Shown: positions 1-8,793 of the stretch, one piece after another
Layout: each line of letters begins with the position of its first letter
Numbering within the stretch: the first letter of the stretch is position 1
Source of the DNA: a virus
Lineage: Duplodnaviria > Caudoviricetes
DNA length: 64,000 bases
Reading direction: 5' to 3' (one strand)
IMG/VR virus record: IMGVR_UViG_3300026085_000093
Coordinates: 160,001 to 224,000 of that record
Program-made: the position numbers and the translations under genes
Notes under the pieces: generated by a model
The model's input: only the letters and a program-made list of their open reading frames with translations
Told to the model about the DNA's origin: nothing
Database searches by the model: none

Positions 1-2
1 TT

Positions 3-1385
3 GGAGAACTCGAACAAGGACAAAATGGAGAACAGTTAAGAAAGGGCGGAATATTTTTAGGTATTAAAGAAAGTTTGATTGAGTTTTTTACAGGAACAGA
101 ATTTGGACAAGCAATTACCGGAGGTATTACAACTGCATTTAACACTGTTGATCGGCATTTATCTAGAATATTAGGAATGCCAGCAGGTACAACAGTATCA
201 GATTGGCTTAGTACTCAATTAACAGCAATTCAGAATGCATTTAACGGTCCAGACGGTGTATTATCTAAAATAACTACATTGTACAATGATATAAAGGGAT
301 TTATAGGCACAAGCGGCCAAACAAGTCTAACACAATGGTTTGACAATACGTTAGCAACTATAAATTCTATGATAGAAACTGTAACAACGACAATGAATAG
401 TACTGTTCAATACTTTAGAGATGCACTAGGTTTTGGACAAGGACAAACACTTCGTGAATGGTTTGACAGTACTTGGACAAGTATTGAAAATACCATGAAT
501 ACCATTAATAACACTATCATTAATGTAATGGAAACAATAGCAAATACATTTGGATTTGCACCAGGAGGCCAAACGTTTCAAGAGTGGATGAACACAACAC
601 TCACCGATTTACAAACTAGAATGCAATCATTTATTGATACCCAAATTACTGCTGTAAGAAAATTACTAGGCATGGAGGCTAACGAAACTTTTGATAGTTA
701 TATTGATAGATTAATTCAATCGATGATAACTTCAATGGAAGCAGGCATATTGCAAATTCTAAAATCTTTAAGTGCTTATGCAAAGTCATTTATTCCAGGT
801 GCTAGGATGACAAGCGCTCAACGTGATGATGCTATGAGTCGCTTTATGGCAGGCGAAAAACTTGACAGGAACGAATTACAAAGTTTAATACAAACTATAC
901 GTGCAGAACAAGTTGATCAATCAATTGCAAATGGCAATGTTATTTCTGGAAATTTTGCTAAATTTTTAAACTTAATAACTGATCCTGTCTCAGACGCACT
1001 TAATTTAGATGCTCTTATGACCGATCCTGATGCATTACGTCAGAGTATCATAGCACTTTATGGTAATGCTCCTACCTTTCCTGAATTTTACAATGGAACA
1101 AATGGGTTCCGAGAGTTTGGTAGAGGAACTCATGCAATATTGCACGGTAATGAAGCAGTTGTGCCTAGGAATACAGAAGCAGGACAACTTCTAGATGCGT
1201 TCTACGAAAGGCAAGGTTCTATAGGCTCAAGTACGGACCAGACTCAGTTAATTCAGAAGCTAGATCAGTTAAATAACAATATGAAAATGGCTGTGCATTT
1301 GCTAAGTGAAGGACTAAGTGTTGAAAAAGGCATTGCTAGAAATACAAAAGGCAGTACTAACCTGTATAGGAGTTTAGGTAGATGA
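3..1385 (+). CDS. Tape-measure-like virion protein, C-terminal part (5'-truncated by window edge)
   Basis: Frame is open from nt 3, so the 75 start is not the real start. Amphipathic Thr/Gln-rich ~40-aa repeats (e.g. GQTLREWFDST, GQTFQEWMNTT) and C-terminal GTHAILHGNEAVVP motif as seen in large-phage tape-measure proteins; stop overlaps portal start (ATGA). Confidence 0.6.
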   Translation, partial: GELEQGQNGEQLRKGGIFLGIKESLIEFFTGTEFGQAITGGITTAFNTVDRHLSRILGMPAGTTVSDWLSTQLTAIQNAFNGPDGVLSKITTLYNDIKGFIGTSGQTSLTQWFDNTLATINSMIETVTTTMNSTVQYFRDALGFGQGQTLREWFDSTWTSIENTMNTINNTIINVMETIANTFGFAPGGQTFQEWMNTTLTDLQTRMQSFIDTQITAVRKLLGMEANETFDSYIDRLIQSMITSMEAGILQILKSLSAYAKSFIPGARMTSAQRDDAMSRFMAGEKLDRNELQSLIQTIRAEQVDQSIANGNVISGNFAKFLNLITDPVSDALNLDALMTDPDALRQSIIALYGNAPTFPEFYNGTNGFREFGRGTHAILHGNEAVVPRNTEAGQLLDAFYERQGSIGSSTDQTQLIQKLDQLNNNMKMAVHLLSEGLSVEKGIARNTKGSTNLYRSLGR

Positions 1386-3112
1386 GTTGGAAAAAATATT
1401 TTACACCAGTAGCAACAAGTGCCAATCCTACCGGTAACTTCAGTCCCTTTAGTTTTACGCAAGGTCAAGGAATGGGACCAGCAGCAGCAAACTATTCATC
1501 TCACCTTCCTGATGTTTATGTTGGATCACCGAATCGTGTTGAGCGATATGGTCAATATAACACAATGGATAATGACTCAGAAGTTAATGCTGCACTAGAT
1601 ATCCTTGCAGAATTTTGCACACAAAAGAACAAACAGAACAATACACCTTTTAACATTTTGTTTAACAAAGGTGCAACAAAAAGCGAAGTACAAATTCTTA
1701 GTCAGTATCTAAAACAATGGTGCAAGATACAAGAATTTGAAAAACGCATGTTCCGTATCATAAGAAATGCATTTAAGTTTGGTGATCAATTTTTTATTAG
1801 AGATCCTGAAACACAAAAATGGTATCATGTTGATCCTGCTAATGTAACAAAAATTATTGTTAACGAATCGGAAGGCAAGCGTCCTGAGCAATATATTGTA
1901 AGAGATCTCAACATTGCTTTTGAAGGTCTAAGTGCAACAAAAATTAACACAAATCAAGTTTATGGGCCAGGAGGTAACAATCCTGGATACCAAACACTTG
2001 ACAACAAATATATGACAGGTAGAACTCCTGATCAAAGCACAAGCCGTTGGAGTCAAGATGCAAATGAAACTGCAATTGATGCAGAACATGTTGTGCACCT
2101 ATCAATGAGCGAAGGCCTAGACAACAACTACCCATTTGGTAACAGTCTACTAGAAACAATTTTTAAAGTTTACAAGCAAAAAGAATTATTAGAAGATGCG
2201 ATTATTATCTATCGTGTCCAACGTGCGCCAGAGCGCAGAGTATTCTACGTTGATGTGGGCAACATGCCTTCACACCTTGCTATGCAGTTTGTAGAGCGTG
2301 TAAAAACGGAAATACATCAAAGACGTATCCCATCCAAGACTGGTGGTGGCCAAAATGTCATAGACTCAAGTTACAATCCACTGTCAATCAACGAAGACTA
2401 CTTCTTTCCACAAACTGCTGAAGGCCGCGGCAGTAAAGTTGAAACGCTACCAGGTGGTACAAACTTAGGAGAGATTGATGATCTTAGGTATTTTACTAAC
2501 AAGTTGGTTCGTGGTTTACGCATACCTAGTTCTTATTTGCCCACAGGCGCTGATGACAGCAATTCACAGTACAATGATGGACGAGTAGGTACAGCATACA
2601 TTCAAGAACTACGTTTTAACAACTACTGTGAACGTTTACAAAAATTACTTACAGACAAATTTAATCAAGAATTTAAACTTTATCTAAGCAAAAAGGGTGT
2701 AAACATAGATGTAAGCATGTTTGATCTTGTTTTACAACCTCCACAAAACTTTGCAAGTTATAGACAAGCAGAACTTGATAACAACAGAATTTCAACATTT
2801 GCTCAAATGCAACAAATTCCGTTTATATCAAATCGTTTTGCACTGAAACGTTTTCTTGGACTATCAGAAGAAGAAGTCAAAGAAAATGAACGTTTATGGA
2901 TGGAAGAAAATGATGAATTCTTTGCAGCACAGGAGCAAGATGCATCTGCACAAATGAGAGGCGCAGGCATTACTGGTTCTGATATTGCAGGAGATCTTGA
3001 AGGCGCACAAGGCGAAGAACTAACAGGAGATGATGCTATTGGAGGCGATGATGGAAGTGTAATTGGCGGTGAAGAAAACGCTGCTGAGCCATCTCCGCAA
3101 GCAACAGCATAA
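1382..3112 (+). CDS. gp20: Portal vertex protein (T4 gp20-like)
   Basis: Motifs LEDAIIIYRVQRAPERRVFYVDVGNMP, EDYFFPQTAEGRGSKVETLPGG, LGEIDDLRYF..KL.RGLRIPSSYL typical of T4-type portals. Confidence 0.95.
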   Translation: MSWKKYFTPVATSANPTGNFSPFSFTQGQGMGPAAANYSSHLPDVYVGSPNRVERYGQYNTMDNDSEVNAALDILAEFCTQKNKQNNTPFNILFNKGATKSEVQILSQYLKQWCKIQEFEKRMFRIIRNAFKFGDQFFIRDPETQKWYHVDPANVTKIIVNESEGKRPEQYIVRDLNIAFEGLSATKINTNQVYGPGGNNPGYQTLDNKYMTGRTPDQSTSRWSQDANETAIDAEHVVHLSMSEGLDNNYPFGNSLLETIFKVYKQKELLEDAIIIYRVQRAPERRVFYVDVGNMPSHLAMQFVERVKTEIHQRRIPSKTGGGQNVIDSSYNPLSINEDYFFPQTAEGRGSKVETLPGGTNLGEIDDLRYFTNKLVRGLRIPSSYLPTGADDSNSQYNDGRVGTAYIQELRFNNYCERLQKLLTDKFNQEFKLYLSKKGVNIDVSMFDLVLQPPQNFASYRQAELDNNRISTFAQMQQIPFISNRFALKRFLGLSEEEVKENERLWMEENDEFFAAQEQDASAQMRGAGITGSDIAGDLEGAQGEELTGDDAIGGDDGSVIGGEENAAEPSPQATA

Positions 3113-3120
3113 ATAATTAC

Positions 3121-3372
3121 ATGATACTAAGAGAGCTTTACTATTTTGATAAACAAACAATGGAACCTGTAGAGGATCAGCGTTACAATAGTGACGATGA
3201 TACAACTTCTGTTGTTGCAATGGATGACACTCGTAAAACAAGATTGACATTTAAAGACATTAATAAAGCACGTAAAGCAGATGATATGCATAGACAAGAA
3301 AGTCAAAAAGATCTTGTGTATGTGAGGGCAATGTACGGATTGGCAGCAAATGCTGGAGAAGCCGCAGTGTAG
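3121..3372 (+). CDS. Small hypothetical protein in head operon
   Basis: 83-aa ORF directly after portal, TAAATA late motif at 3110-3115 five nt before ATG. Confidence 0.75.
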   Translation: MILRELYYFDKQTMEPVEDQRYNSDDDTTSVVAMDDTRKTRLTFKDINKARKADDMHRQESQKDLVYVRAMYGLAANAGEAAV

Positions 3373-3384
3373 GAGTAACCAGCC

Positions 3385-4125
3385 TTGCCCGATAAGGAAA
3401 AAAATCGTATAGACGGCGAAACTAAACTACAAAGAAAAGCAAGAAAACGTTTAGAACGCTACCAGAAACAACAAGAAAAATTAAGAAAACATTTAGAAAA
3501 GTCAATTAAATTTGACGACGGCACACCTTCGACTAAAACTAATATTGCATTTGTATTAGGTAACGGAACTAGTAGAAAAGATATTCCTTTAGAACCATTA
3601 AAACAATACGGCTTAGTTTATGCATGTAATGCAGTTTATAGAGTATTTAGACCTGATCATTTAATTGCAGTTGATACAAAAATGATGAGAGAGATTACCG
3701 ATACAAGATACAACTATGACAATATGGTTTGGACAAATCCTAATAGATATTCGAGAAGTTTAGAATCTGTAAATTTAATGAACCCTAATTTAGGTTGGAG
3801 TAGCGGACCTACTGCACTTATGCTTGCAACACAACACAATCATGAAGAAATTTATATTTTAGGATTTGATTATAAAGGACTTGAAAACGGTACTAAAGTT
3901 AATAATATTTTTGCTGGCACTCCGAATTACAAACAAAAAGAAGATAGAGCAACTTATTACGGAAATTGGTCTAGACAGACAAATACATGTATAAAAAAGA
4001 ATTCGACTGTGAGATATATAAGAGTGATTGAAGACAAATCAAGTTTTATACCAGATAATTTATTAGGATTAGATAACTTAACGCATATAACTGTTGAAGA
4101 TTTTAGAAAAAAATTCAGCCTTTAA
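3385..4125 (+). CDS. Maf/DUF115 (MptE-like) or GT42-like sugar transferase fold protein
   Basis: TTG start with GGAG SD; motifs AFVLGNGTSR, YACNAVYR, PDHLIAVD, WSSGPTAL, EEIYILGFDY resemble Maf/DUF115 and CstII-type sialyltransferase motifs. Confidence 0.6.
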   Translation: MPDKEKNRIDGETKLQRKARKRLERYQKQQEKLRKHLEKSIKFDDGTPSTKTNIAFVLGNGTSRKDIPLEPLKQYGLVYACNAVYRVFRPDHLIAVDTKMMREITDTRYNYDNMVWTNPNRYSRSLESVNLMNPNLGWSSGPTALMLATQHNHEEIYILGFDYKGLENGTKVNNIFAGTPNYKQKEDRATYYGNWSRQTNTCIKKNSTVRYIRVIEDKSSFIPDNLLGLDNLTHITVEDFRKKFSL

Positions 4126-4230
4126 ATAGGATTCTTCTCAAAATAGTTCATTTTGAGCCTATTTCTACGTATATTTTCCCATTCTTGTTAAATAATACTG
4201 ACAGCCTTGTAATCAGTAAAGGAGAATAAC

Positions 4231-5160
4231 ATGACTGACACTAATAAGTTCGAGGAAATGCTCGAAAAACTAGTTAATGAGGACCGTGAAGGTGCTGAAG
4301 AATTATTCCACGAGATTGTTGTAGAAAAATCACGTGAGATTTATCAATCAATTATTGAATCAGAAGAAGAAGTTGAAGAAACTACAGACGAAGAAGTAGA
4401 TGAAGCAACTGACGAAGAAGTAGACGAGTCAGAAGATGACTTAGACGAAGCAACTGACGAAGAAGTTGATGAATCAGAAGATGACATTGACGAAATGTTT
4501 GGCCTAGACGACATTGAAGCAGAAGCAGATGATCCAGTAATGGACCTAATGAAAGATGCAGGTGCAGATGATGCAGAAGGCGACGATATGGACATGGACG
4601 CAGACGACGAAGAAGGCGACATGGATAATGATGATCTAGAAGATAAAGTTATGGATCTAGAAGATGCTTTAGAAGACCTAAAAGCAGAATTTGAAAAAAT
4701 GATGGGTGATGAAGCAGATGACGACGAAGGCGATGAAGAGCCAGAAGAAGAAGCATTTGCTTTTGAATCAGACGATGAAGAAGTAGACGAAGCAGCAGAC
4801 GAAGAAGTTGACGAAGCAGCAGACGAAGAAGTTGAAGAGTCACGTACAAAAAGCGCAAGCGAACAAATGCGTGAGTATGTTGAAAAAGTTAGTGCTACAA
4901 TGGGCGACAACGGCGCACATACAAAATCACCAGTAGCAGGCAAAAATGATATGGGCGGCACAGCAGCAAATATCGCAACAGGCGGTGAAAGCAAAAGCGA
5001 AGGAACTGGTGCAGGTGCACCAAAAGAAGATAACGCAGGGAACGTAAATGTTCCAGGCGGTAAGGCTTCAAAATCAATGAAGTCACAACCTGGCCACGGC
5101 GCTGAGAAAAAGGGCAAGCCAGAGACTGCTGATAATAAAAAGTCTAACATAGGCTCTTAA
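4231..5160 (+). CDS. Highly acidic prohead core/scaffold-like protein
   Basis: Extreme Asp/Glu content with DEEVDEA(A/T) repeats; position between portal and prohead protease; AAGGAG SD and late motif at 4189-4194. Confidence 0.7.
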   Translation: MTDTNKFEEMLEKLVNEDREGAEELFHEIVVEKSREIYQSIIESEEEVEETTDEEVDEATDEEVDESEDDLDEATDEEVDESEDDIDEMFGLDDIEAEADDPVMDLMKDAGADDAEGDDMDMDADDEEGDMDNDDLEDKVMDLEDALEDLKAEFEKMMGDEADDDEGDEEPEEEAFAFESDDEEVDEAADEEVDEAADEEVEESRTKSASEQMREYVEKVSATMGDNGAHTKSPVAGKNDMGGTAANIATGGESKSEGTGAGAPKEDNAGNVNVPGGKASKSMKSQPGHGAEKKGKPETADNKKSNIGS

Positions 5161-5184
5161 ACAGCAGTATAATAGGACGAACGG

Positions 5185-5808
5185 ATGAATTTACTACGTG
5201 AACATATGAGTTTTGACCAGGCCAGAATGGTCGTTGAGTCTGCTAACGAAGGCAAAGACCTTTACATGAAAGGTATTTGCATACAAGGTGGTGTTAGAAA
5301 CGCCAATCAGCGTGTCTATCCTGTACAAGAGATTAGCAGGGCTGTCCAAACTCTTAATGATCAGATAGCCGGCGGATACTCAGTATGTGGCGAAGTTGAT
5401 CATCCTGAAGGACTAAACATTAACTTAGATCGTGTAAGTCATATGATCACAGATATGTGGATGGATGGCCCAAACGGTTACGGCAAGTTAAAAATTTTAC
5501 CAACACCGATGGGATCCCTTGTTAAAACAATGCTAGAAAGCGGCGTTAAACTTGGGGTTTCGTCACGTGGATCTGGAAACGTAAAAGAAGATGGATCCGG
5601 CGAAGTATCAGAATTTGAGATAATCACTGTAGACGTTGTTGCTCAACCGAGCGCACCGGGTGCTTATCCAACACCGATTTATGAACACCTAATGAACACA
5701 AATGGTGGATACAAGGCAATACTCACTTCGAGAGAAGTTCAAGGCGATAAAAAGGCACAAAAATATATTGCAGAGAGTCTATTTAAAATAATAGACAAGC
5801 TCCAATAA
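5185..5808 (+). CDS. gp21: Prohead core protease (T4 gp21-like)
   Basis: NANQRVYP, GEVDHPEG..INLDRVSH, GKLKILPTPMG, LGVSSRGSG, DVVAQPSAPGA motifs. Confidence 0.95.
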   Translation: MNLLREHMSFDQARMVVESANEGKDLYMKGICIQGGVRNANQRVYPVQEISRAVQTLNDQIAGGYSVCGEVDHPEGLNINLDRVSHMITDMWMDGPNGYGKLKILPTPMGSLVKTMLESGVKLGVSSRGSGNVKEDGSGEVSEFEIITVDVVAQPSAPGAYPTPIYEHLMNTNGGYKAILTSREVQGDKKAQKYIAESLFKIIDKLQ

Positions 5809-5820
5809 AAGGAGAAAATC

Positions 5821-6909
5821 ATGGAAGCTATCAAAGACCTTTTAGAGAGCGATGCAATTACAGAAGCAATGGCATCTGAAATACAAGAAGCATTTGACGC
5901 AAAAGTTAAAGAAAATAAACTTGCTGTTACAGCAGAACTACGTGAGGAGTTTGCAAAGAAATATGAACACGACAAAGGTGTTATGATCGAAGCAATCGAC
6001 GCTATGGTATCTGAAAAACTTTCAGAAGAAATGGCAGAATTCCACGAAGATCGTAAACAACTTGCAGAACAAAAAGCAAAATATGCTTTAGCAATGAAAG
6101 AAAATGCTAATCTAATGTCTCAGTTTGTAACTAAGACACTAGCAAATGAAATTTCAGAACTACACGAAGATCAAAAAACAATGGCAACTAAGTTTTCAGT
6201 GTTAGAAGACTTCGTAGTAGAGCAACTTGCATCAGAAATTGCAGAGTTCCAAGAAGATAAAAAGGACCTGGCTGAAACAAAAGTACGTTTAGTACGTGAA
6301 GCCAAGGCTCACTTCGAAAAAGTACGTAAGAACTTTATCGAAAGAAGTGCAACAGCAATTGAAAATGTTGTATCTACCGGTCTAAAGGCAGAAATATCTC
6401 AACTAAAAGAAGATATTGAAGCGGCTCGCAAAAATGATTTCGGACGTAAGATTTTTGAAGCATTTAGTTCTGAGTATATGAACTCACATCTAAATGAAAA
6501 ATCAGAAACTGCAAAACTTCTAAAACTTGTTGATGCAAAAAATAAACAAATTGCAGAAGCAAAAACTTTCGTAACGAAAGCAAAAGAAATTGCAGAAAGC
6601 AAAGATGCAGAAGTTAAGCGTCTTGTTGAAGCACAAAAACGTGCTAAAATCATGAGTGAACTTGTTTCACCATTGAGCAAAGACCAAAAAGACATTATGA
6701 CGGATTTACTGGAAACAGTTCAGACTACAAAACTACGTGAGTCGTTTGACAAGTACCTACCATCAGTTATTGACGGTAAAAGTCCAGCAAAGCAGAAGGC
6801 ACCACTAACAGAGGCAAAAGAAGTAACAGGCAATAGAGAAATTAGTTCAGACAGCAAGCAGATTGACACAAACGTTGTGGACATGAAAAGACTTGCTGGT
6901 TTAAATTAA
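5821..6909 (+). CDS. gp22: Prohead core scaffolding protein (T4 gp22-like)
   Basis: Long coiled-coil Glu/Lys/Ala-rich protein between protease and capsid gene; AGGAG SD. Confidence 0.85.
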   Translation: MEAIKDLLESDAITEAMASEIQEAFDAKVKENKLAVTAELREEFAKKYEHDKGVMIEAIDAMVSEKLSEEMAEFHEDRKQLAEQKAKYALAMKENANLMSQFVTKTLANEISELHEDQKTMATKFSVLEDFVVEQLASEIAEFQEDKKDLAETKVRLVREAKAHFEKVRKNFIERSATAIENVVSTGLKAEISQLKEDIEAARKNDFGRKIFEAFSSEYMNSHLNEKSETAKLLKLVDAKNKQIAEAKTFVTKAKEIAESKDAEVKRLVEAQKRAKIMSELVSPLSKDQKDIMTDLLETVQTTKLRESFDKYLPSVIDGKSPAKQKAPLTEAKEVTGNREISSDSKQIDTNVVDMKRLAGLN

Positions 6910-6919
6910 GGAGATAATT

Positions 6920-8098
6920 ATGTCAGAACTATTAGAAAGTCGCTGGCAGGAGACAAAAGGTGCACTTCTTGAAGGCCTAAATGGTAACAAGAAAGCTGTA
7001 ATGGCGACAACACTTGAAAATACACGCAAGTATTTGTCAGAGAGTGCAACTTCAGGCGCAACTGCTGCTGGTAACATCGCAACACTAAACCGTGTGATCC
7101 TTCCTGTGATCAGACGTGTAATGCCAACCGTTATTGCTAACGAGTTGGTAGGCGTTCAGCCAATGACTGGTCCAGTCGGACAAATCCATACTTTAAGAGT
7201 ACGTTATAGTGACGCATTCACAGGTTCAGCAGGCGGAAGCACTGTCGCTGGCGAAGAAGCACTATCACCGTTCAAAATTGCAGAAGGTTATTCAGGTAAC
7301 ACAACATCTGCAGACACAGCCGGTGCAACAGGTGCTCTAGAAGGTATTGCTGGTAACAGACTAAGCATTCAGATCTTGAAGCAAACAGTCGAAGCCAAAT
7401 CACGTAAACTAAGCGCACGTTGGACATTTGAATCAGCGCAAGACGCTCAGTCACAGCATGGCATCGACGTAGAAGCAGAAATCATGGCAGCACTTGCTCA
7501 AGAGATTACTGCTGAGATCGACCAAGAAATCATCCGCAGCCTAACAACTCTTGCAGGTTCAGCGGTTGAAACATACGACCAAGCCGCTGTATCAGGTACG
7601 GCTACTTTTGTTGGCGACGAACACGCAGCACTTGCAGTTCAAATCAACAGAGTGTCAAACCTAATTGCACAGCGTACACGCAGAGGCGCAGGTAACTGGG
7701 CAGTTGTATCACCAACAGTACTAACACTACTACAAAGTGCAACAACATCTGCATTTGCTCGTACAACAGAAGGTACATTTGAAGCACCAACAAACACAAA
7801 AATGGTTGGTACACTAAACAACAGCATGAAAGTATATGTAAACACATATGCAGGTAATGACAATGTTCTAGTTGGCTACAAAGGTACATCAGAATCAGAC
7901 GCAGCAGCGTTCTACTGCCCATACATTCCATTAATGAGCAGTGGTGTTGTACTAGATCCATCAACATTCGAACCAACAGTGTCATTCATGACACGTTATG
8001 GTTACGTAGAACTATCAAACGCAGCATCGTCACTAGGCAATGCAGCGGATTACCTAGGTCTAGTTGGTGTAACAACAGCAAACCTAAGCTTCGCGTAA
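6920..8098 (+). CDS. gp23: Major capsid protein (T4 gp23-like)
   Basis: LPVIRRVMPTVIANELVGVQPMTGPVGQIHTLR, TVEAKSRKLSARWTFE.AQD, AEIDQEII, AFYCPYIPL, FMTRYG motifs. Confidence 0.97.
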   Translation: MSELLESRWQETKGALLEGLNGNKKAVMATTLENTRKYLSESATSGATAAGNIATLNRVILPVIRRVMPTVIANELVGVQPMTGPVGQIHTLRVRYSDAFTGSAGGSTVAGEEALSPFKIAEGYSGNTTSADTAGATGALEGIAGNRLSIQILKQTVEAKSRKLSARWTFESAQDAQSQHGIDVEAEIMAALAQEITAEIDQEIIRSLTTLAGSAVETYDQAAVSGTATFVGDEHAALAVQINRVSNLIAQRTRRGAGNWAVVSPTVLTLLQSATTSAFARTTEGTFEAPTNTKMVGTLNNSMKVYVNTYAGNDNVLVGYKGTSESDAAAFYCPYIPLMSSGVVLDPSTFEPTVSFMTRYGYVELSNAASSLGNAADYLGLVGVTTANLSFA

Positions 8099-8120
8099 GT
8101 TTTAGAATATATATTTTTAA

Positions 8121-8145
8121 GATAGGCCCTGCGGGGCCTATTTTT
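8121..8145 (+). terminator. Rho-independent terminator after capsid gene
   Basis: ATAGGCCC-TGCG-GGGCCTAT stem followed by T tract. Confidence 0.85.
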
Positions 8146-8170
8146 ATGTAAATACTGTAAGGAGATACTA

Positions 8171-8383
8171 ATGGAAACAGGTACAGTATATAAAAAATTA
8201 AAAATGCATGGATTTATTAGACCAGATCGTTGGAAAGCGACACGTAAAGATATTGTGTTTGATCCACGTTTGTATGATCTAAAAATTGGCGACAGAGTGC
8301 AATATCTTGCAGATGATTTTAAAGATAGAAAATTTGCAACAAAAATAGAAAAAATTGAAAAAAAAGATCAAGATTATCGTTGA
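8171..8383 (+). CDS. Small hypothetical protein
   Basis: 70-aa ORF with AAGGAG SD and TAAATA at 8149-8154. Confidence 0.7.
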   Translation: METGTVYKKLKMHGFIRPDRWKATRKDIVFDPRLYDLKIGDRVQYLADDFKDRKFATKIEKIEKKDQDYR

Positions 8384-8407
8384 CAAACTTTTTTTAGATG
8401 TTATATT
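8380..8407 (+). promoter_or_regulatory. Sigma70-type promoter driving the non-coding element
   Basis: TTGACA (8380-8385), 16-nt spacer, TG-n-TATATT extended -10 (8399-8407). Confidence 0.7.
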
Positions 8408-8413
8408 AAGTAC

Positions 8414-8630
8414 ATAACAAAGACGACGGTCCGAGTTAGATAGTGCAAGGAAACGATGCTTACCCAGGCATTAACTTGACTCACACGCTGTGGTGGCGCT
8501 GTAAGACTTTGGAGACAAAGCATTGCAGGAAAAGTAGAACTAACCATTCTATTGTGAGGTTCCGTGCTGATCTGAGCCTGATGGGGCATAGTGCGGTTGT
8601 TGGTAATCAGTAGTCCAACCTATCACATAT
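8414..8630 (+). ncRNA. Candidate standalone structured ncRNA (family unidentified)
   Basis: 97/200 G+C in 8421-8620 in an AT-rich genome; no credible ORF on + strand; CTTTG-GAGA-CAAAG GNRA hairpin, several other stems, 3' pseudoknot candidate; bounded by promoter and terminator. Ends are approximate. Confidence 0.7.
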
Positions 8631-8635
8631 TATAG

Positions 8636-8670
8636 AAAAAGGTCTGCTATATTTTAGTAGGCCTTTTTTT
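8636..8670 (+). terminator. Rho-independent (possibly bidirectional) terminator closing the ncRNA
   Basis: AAAAAGGTCTGCTA / TAGTAGGCCTTTTT stem with flanking A and T tracts. Confidence 0.8.
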
Positions 8671-8701
8671 ATGACATAATAACCCATTTTAATCTTTTGG
8701 A

Positions 8702-8793
8702 TAAATACTTGTGTCAAGAGGAGTGCCTCTAGATGAGGACTTATGCGGTGCCCGCCGCGTATTACCTAGAACGTAACATAAAAGGAGAAAACA
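8702..8793 (+). promoter_or_regulatory. Late promoter plus structured 5' leader of the tail/fibre operon
   Basis: TAAATA 8702-8707; stems AGAGG/CCTCT, TATGCGG/CCGCGTA, TCTAG/CTAGA; AAAGGAG SD before ATG 8794. Confidence 0.6.

Noticed and set aside
4344-5150. 268-aa Ser-rich minus-strand ORF (and similar long antisense ORFs at 24812-25510, 25685-26245, 17263-17796, 48555-48983, 58585-59007)
   Set aside because: Antisense shadows of biased-codon structural genes; low-complexity translations, no SD or promoter support.
8401-8589. 62-aa minus-strand ORF over the candidate ncRNA
   Set aside because: No SD, no recognisable motif, and the promoter and terminator point to a plus-strand non-coding transcript. 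Cannot be fully excluded.
8574-8600. GAGCCTGATG resembling hammerhead CUGAUGA or group II intron domain V starts
   Set aside because: The rest of those catalytic cores (GAAA partner, domain V geometry) is not present.
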